Assembly: GCA_050249235.1 (NCBI GenBank)
Contig: JBFWQW010000005.1
Location: forward strand, 1,044 to 65,043
DNA length: 64,000 nucleotides
Direction of reading: 5' to 3'
From: Acidimicrobiia bacterium
GTDB taxonomy: Bacteria > Actinomycetota > Acidimicrobiia > Acidimicrobiales > CADCSY01
The translations under genes and the position numbers were made by a program. The notes under the pieces are model-generated. The model was not told where the DNA came from. It made no database searches and was given only the letters and a program-made list of their open reading frames with translations. The stretch's first letter is position 1. Each line of letters begins with the position of its first letter. Positions 61,444-64,000 of this stretch are shown here, in pieces.

Positions 61444-63615
61444 CTACCCCTTCGATCCCGAGAGGCCCGCGTCCCGCGGCAGGCCGAGGATGCGCTCGCC
61501 GATGGCGTTCCGCGAGATCTCCGACGTGCCGCCACCCAACGTGTAGGCCCGGGTGAACAGGTACTGGTAGCCCCAGGGGGCGTGCTCGCCGTCGATGGCG
61601 GCGGCGTCGGGGCCGAGCATGCGCATGGCGACCTCGGCGATCCGCTGGTCGAGCTCGTTGCCGAGCAGCTTGGTGATGTTGCCCTCGGCTCCGGTGCCCT
61701 CGCCGGCCAGCGCCCGGATGGCCCGGCGCAGGTCGAGGACGCTCAGCGCGTGGTGGTCGGCCAGGATGGCGCCCACTTCATTGCGGATGGCTTCATTGCC
61801 CGGCGTGCCGTCGTCGGCCCGGTCCCGAACCACCTGCAGCAGCAGCTCGGGGCTGACGTGGGCGATCACGCTGCCGATCACCATGCGCTCGTTGCCCATG
61901 GTGGTCCGGGCGATGCCCCAGCCCCGGTTGATGTCGCCGATCACGTCGCCGTCCGGCACGAACACGTTGTCGAGGAAGACCTCGGCGAAGTGGGCGTCAC
62001 CGGTGATCTGGCGGAGGGGCCGGACCTCGACGCCCCGCGCCTTCATGTCGATCATCATCACCGTGATGCCGGCGTGCTTCGGTGCCTCGGGGTCGGTGCG
62101 GACGAGTGCGTAGCCCCAGTCGGCCGTGAGCCCGCCGCTGGTCCACACCTTCTGGCCGTTGACGACCCAGCCGCCGTCGACCTTCTCGGCCCTGGTCTTC
62201 AGCGACGCCAGGTCGGAGCCGGCGTCCGGCTCGCTGAACAGCTGGCAGATGCCGATGGTCCCCTCGATCGAGGGGCGTACCCAGCGTTCCTGCTGCTCGG
62301 GGGTGCCCACCGCCGTGAGCGTGAGGGCCAGCCAGCCACCGGCTGCACCACGGGGGATGCCCGCCAGCTCCTGGTCGATGGCGATCTGCTCGAGCATGTC
62401 GGCGCCCTTGCCCCACGGCGGCTGCCAGTGGGGGACGAGGAACCCGGAGTCGACCAGCGCCTTGCGGCGCTCGCCCTCGGGCAGCGTCTCGTAGCGGGCC
62501 CTGAAGGCCCGGGCCTCGGCCCGGATCTCCTCCGCCGGCGGGCTCACGTCGAGGCGGGCCATGGGGCGGGCCCCGCCCAGCTGGGCGGCGACGACCCGCT
62601 CGCGCGTCTCCTCCAGCGGCCCGAACAGGGCGATGAGCGCCATGGCCCGGCGGAAGTAGAGGTGGGCGTCGTGCTCGTAGGTGAAGCCGATGCCGCCGTG
62701 GACCTGGATGTTCAGCCGGGCGCAGAGCAGGAATGCGGGCAGCGCCACCGAGGCGGCCGCCGCCGTCGGCAGCTCGGCCTGGTCGGGGTCGGCCGCGAAG
62801 CGGGCCGCGTCCCACGCCGCCGCCAGCGCCAGCTCCGACTGGGCGAACATGTTGGCGCAGTGGTGCTTCACGGCCTGGAACTGGCCGATCGGGCGGTCGA
62901 AGGCGATGCGCACCTTGGCGTACGCCGTGGCCATCTCGGCGCACGCCGACGCCCCGCCGGCGGCCTCGGCGGCGGCAAGGGCCCGCCCGAGCTGCAGTGC
63001 CCGGGCCCGCCCGCCGACCAGCACCTCCACGTCGGCCCGAGGGACGCCGTCGAGGCGTACCCGGGCGACCCGCCGGCCCTTGTCGAGGCTCGGCGCGGGG
63101 GTCACGGTCACACCGGGCCGGCCGCGGTCGACCACCACCGCGTCCTCGCCCAGGGCCAGCACCAGCACGTCGGCGATCGAGCCGCTGAGCACCACCCCGG
63201 CGTCGCCGGTCAGCCGGTCGCCGTCGACCGCGAGCGAGCCGTGGAGGCCGACGCCGGCCACCCGGCTGCCGTCGGCGAGGCCGGGGAGCAACGCGGCCTG
63301 CTGGGCCGGCGTGCCCACCGCCGCGACGGTGGCCGAGGCCAGCACCGTCGGGAGGAACGGACCGGGTGCGGCGGCCCGGCCCAGCTCGTCGAGGACCACG
63401 GCCAGCTCGGGGAAGCCGTAGCCGGAGCCGCCGTGGGCCTCGGGCAGGTGCAGGCCCAGCCACCCGAGGTCGGCCAGCTCCTTCCAGAACGGCGGGAGGG
63501 CGTCGTCCTCGGCGTCGAGCACGGCCCGGTGCTGGGCCCGGGCGCCCTGCCGGTCGAGGAAGGCGCGCACCACGCCCGCCAGCTCGAGATGGTCCTCGCC
63601 GACCGCGACACCCAT
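61444..63615 (-). CDS. Fused double acyl-CoA dehydrogenase (723 aa), paralog of 19965..22106
   Basis: The N-terminus MGVAVGEDHLELAGVVRAFL...LPPFWKELADLGWLGLHLPEAHGGSGYGFPELAVVLDELGRAAAPGPF is collinear with the 19965 gene. The C-terminus reads FTRAYTLGGGTSEISRNAIGERILGLPRD. Confidence 0.9.
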   Translation of the reverse strand: MGVAVGEDHLELAGVVRAFLDRQGARAQHRAVLDAEDDALPPFWKELADLGWLGLHLPEAHGGSGYGFPELAVVLDELGRAAAPGPFLPTVLASATVAAVGTPAQQAALLPGLADGSRVAGVGLHGSLAVDGDRLTGDAGVVLSGSIADVLVLALGEDAVVVDRGRPGVTVTPAPSLDKGRRVARVRLDGVPRADVEVLVGGRARALQLGRALAAAEAAGGASACAEMATAYAKVRIAFDRPIGQFQAVKHHCANMFAQSELALAAAWDAARFAADPDQAELPTAAAASVALPAFLLCARLNIQVHGGIGFTYEHDAHLYFRRAMALIALFGPLEETRERVVAAQLGGARPMARLDVSPPAEEIRAEARAFRARYETLPEGERRKALVDSGFLVPHWQPPWGKGADMLEQIAIDQELAGIPRGAAGGWLALTLTAVGTPEQQERWVRPSIEGTIGICQLFSEPDAGSDLASLKTRAEKVDGGWVVNGQKVWTSGGLTADWGYALVRTDPEAPKHAGITVMMIDMKARGVEVRPLRQITGDAHFAEVFLDNVFVPDGDVIGDINRGWGIARTTMGNERMVIGSVIAHVSPELLLQVVRDRADDGTPGNEAIRNEVGAILADHHALSVLDLRRAIRALAGEGTGAEGNITKLLGNELDQRIAEVAMRMLGPDAAAIDGEHAPWGYQYLFTRAYTLGGGTSEISRNAIGERILGLPRDAGLSGSKG

Positions 63616-63804
63616 GATCCGTCCCCTCGCTGCCCGACCCGGACCGGCTCGTGTGGCGGCCCCGGGATCGCCCACCCTGCCGCCGCGCCCCGGGCCCGGC
63701 AAGCGGGTGGTTGGACGGGAGCCGCCGTCACCACGGCAACTCCCGACGGGGGCTGCTAGGCACGCACCCGTCTCGTGCGGGGCGGTGTGTTGGGAGGGCG
63801 TGCG

Positions 63805-64000
63805 GTGGTGGGAGCGGTCGAGGCAGGCAGGACGGGCCTCCCGTCCCGGCAGATCTGGCTGATCTTCGTCGGCCTGATGGTCGGGAACTTCCTCTCCGCC
63901 CTCGACACCATGGTGCTCATCACCGCCCTGCCCACGATCGTGGGCGAGCTCGGCGGCCTCGACCACATCGCCTGGGTGGTCACGGCCTACCTGCTCACCT
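63805..64000 (+). CDS. MFS transporter, DHA2 (EmrB/QacA)-like, N-terminal part (3' partial)
   Basis: My own translation gives ...RQIWLIFVGLMVGNFLSALDTMVLITALPTIVGELGGLDHIAWVVTAYLLT, a typical DHA2 TM1 and loop. GTG 63805 has GGGAGGG 6 nt upstream. The ORF runs off the window and is not in the supplied track. Confidence 0.7.
   Translation, partial: MVGAVEAGRTGLPSRQIWLIFVGLMVGNFLSALDTMVLITALPTIVGELGGLDHIAWVVTAYLLT

Noticed and set aside
1-64000. Mobile elements, prophage, defence islands, or tRNA/rRNA genes
   Set aside because: No translation resembles a transposase, integrase, recombinase, phage structural protein, restriction enzyme, Cas protein or toxin-antitoxin component. I noticed no terminal inverted repeats or tRNA-like cloverleaf regions in the few non-coding gaps. 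Absence cannot be proven by eye.

Overview
This is a high-GC, densely coding chromosomal segment of actinobacterial type. The taxon call rests on the Rpf domain, DivIVA, CsoR, SURF1 and F420-type LLM enzymes. Hand-counted 60-nt lines are mostly about 70-80% G+C. I support about 60 CDS. I recognised no rRNA, tRNA, CRISPR array, transposase or integrase. All product calls come from motif or fold recognition in the supplied translations, with start codons refined by reading the DNA; no database search was possible.

Layout:
- 0-3 kb: a membrane hydrolase, a CocE/NonD gene remnant, and a lower-GC secreted bulb-lectin cassette.
- 3-13 kb: housekeeping genes (ABC exporter, nfo, xseAB, polyprenyl synthase, SURF1, PHP, NUDIX-MarR, class I aldolase).
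- 13-24 kb: acyl-CoA genes, a K+/H+ antiporter with a KhtT-like subunit, FadD, a fused double ACAD, a TylF methyltransferase and malonyl-CoA decarboxylase.
- 24-27 kb: a CsoR-CopZ-small ORF-CopA copper operon.
- 27-36 kb: PAS, a GltS-like FMN enzyme, TetR, DivIVA-like, PPK2, an Rpf fusion protein, an alpha/beta hydrolase and a phosphoesterase.
- 36-41 kb: an orphan solute-binding lipoprotein and a thioesterase-AKR-isomerase-methyltransferase operon.
- 41-64 kb: a large acyl-CoA/redox catabolic island of unknown substrate.

Observations most worth a second look:
1. A secreted lectin fused to an unassignable Trp/Tyr/Cys-rich domain, translationally coupled to a secreted partner and sitting next to a gene remnant.
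2. An Rpf muralytic domain fused to 5.5 copies of a ~41-aa GYW/ADGGVFAFGD repeat, with a TTG start, an AT-rich perfect palindrome in its leader, and a 37-bp duplication across its stop codon.
3. Five separate perfect or near-perfect tandem direct-repeat arrays (16-21 bp units) that all lie in promoter or leader regions.
4. Split (alpha/beta) and fused versions of heteromeric acyl-CoA dehydrogenases in the same window, together with a thiolase-like/DUF35 pair.
5. A 785-bp region upstream of the K+/H+ antiporter with no confident gene.

None of these is proven novel.
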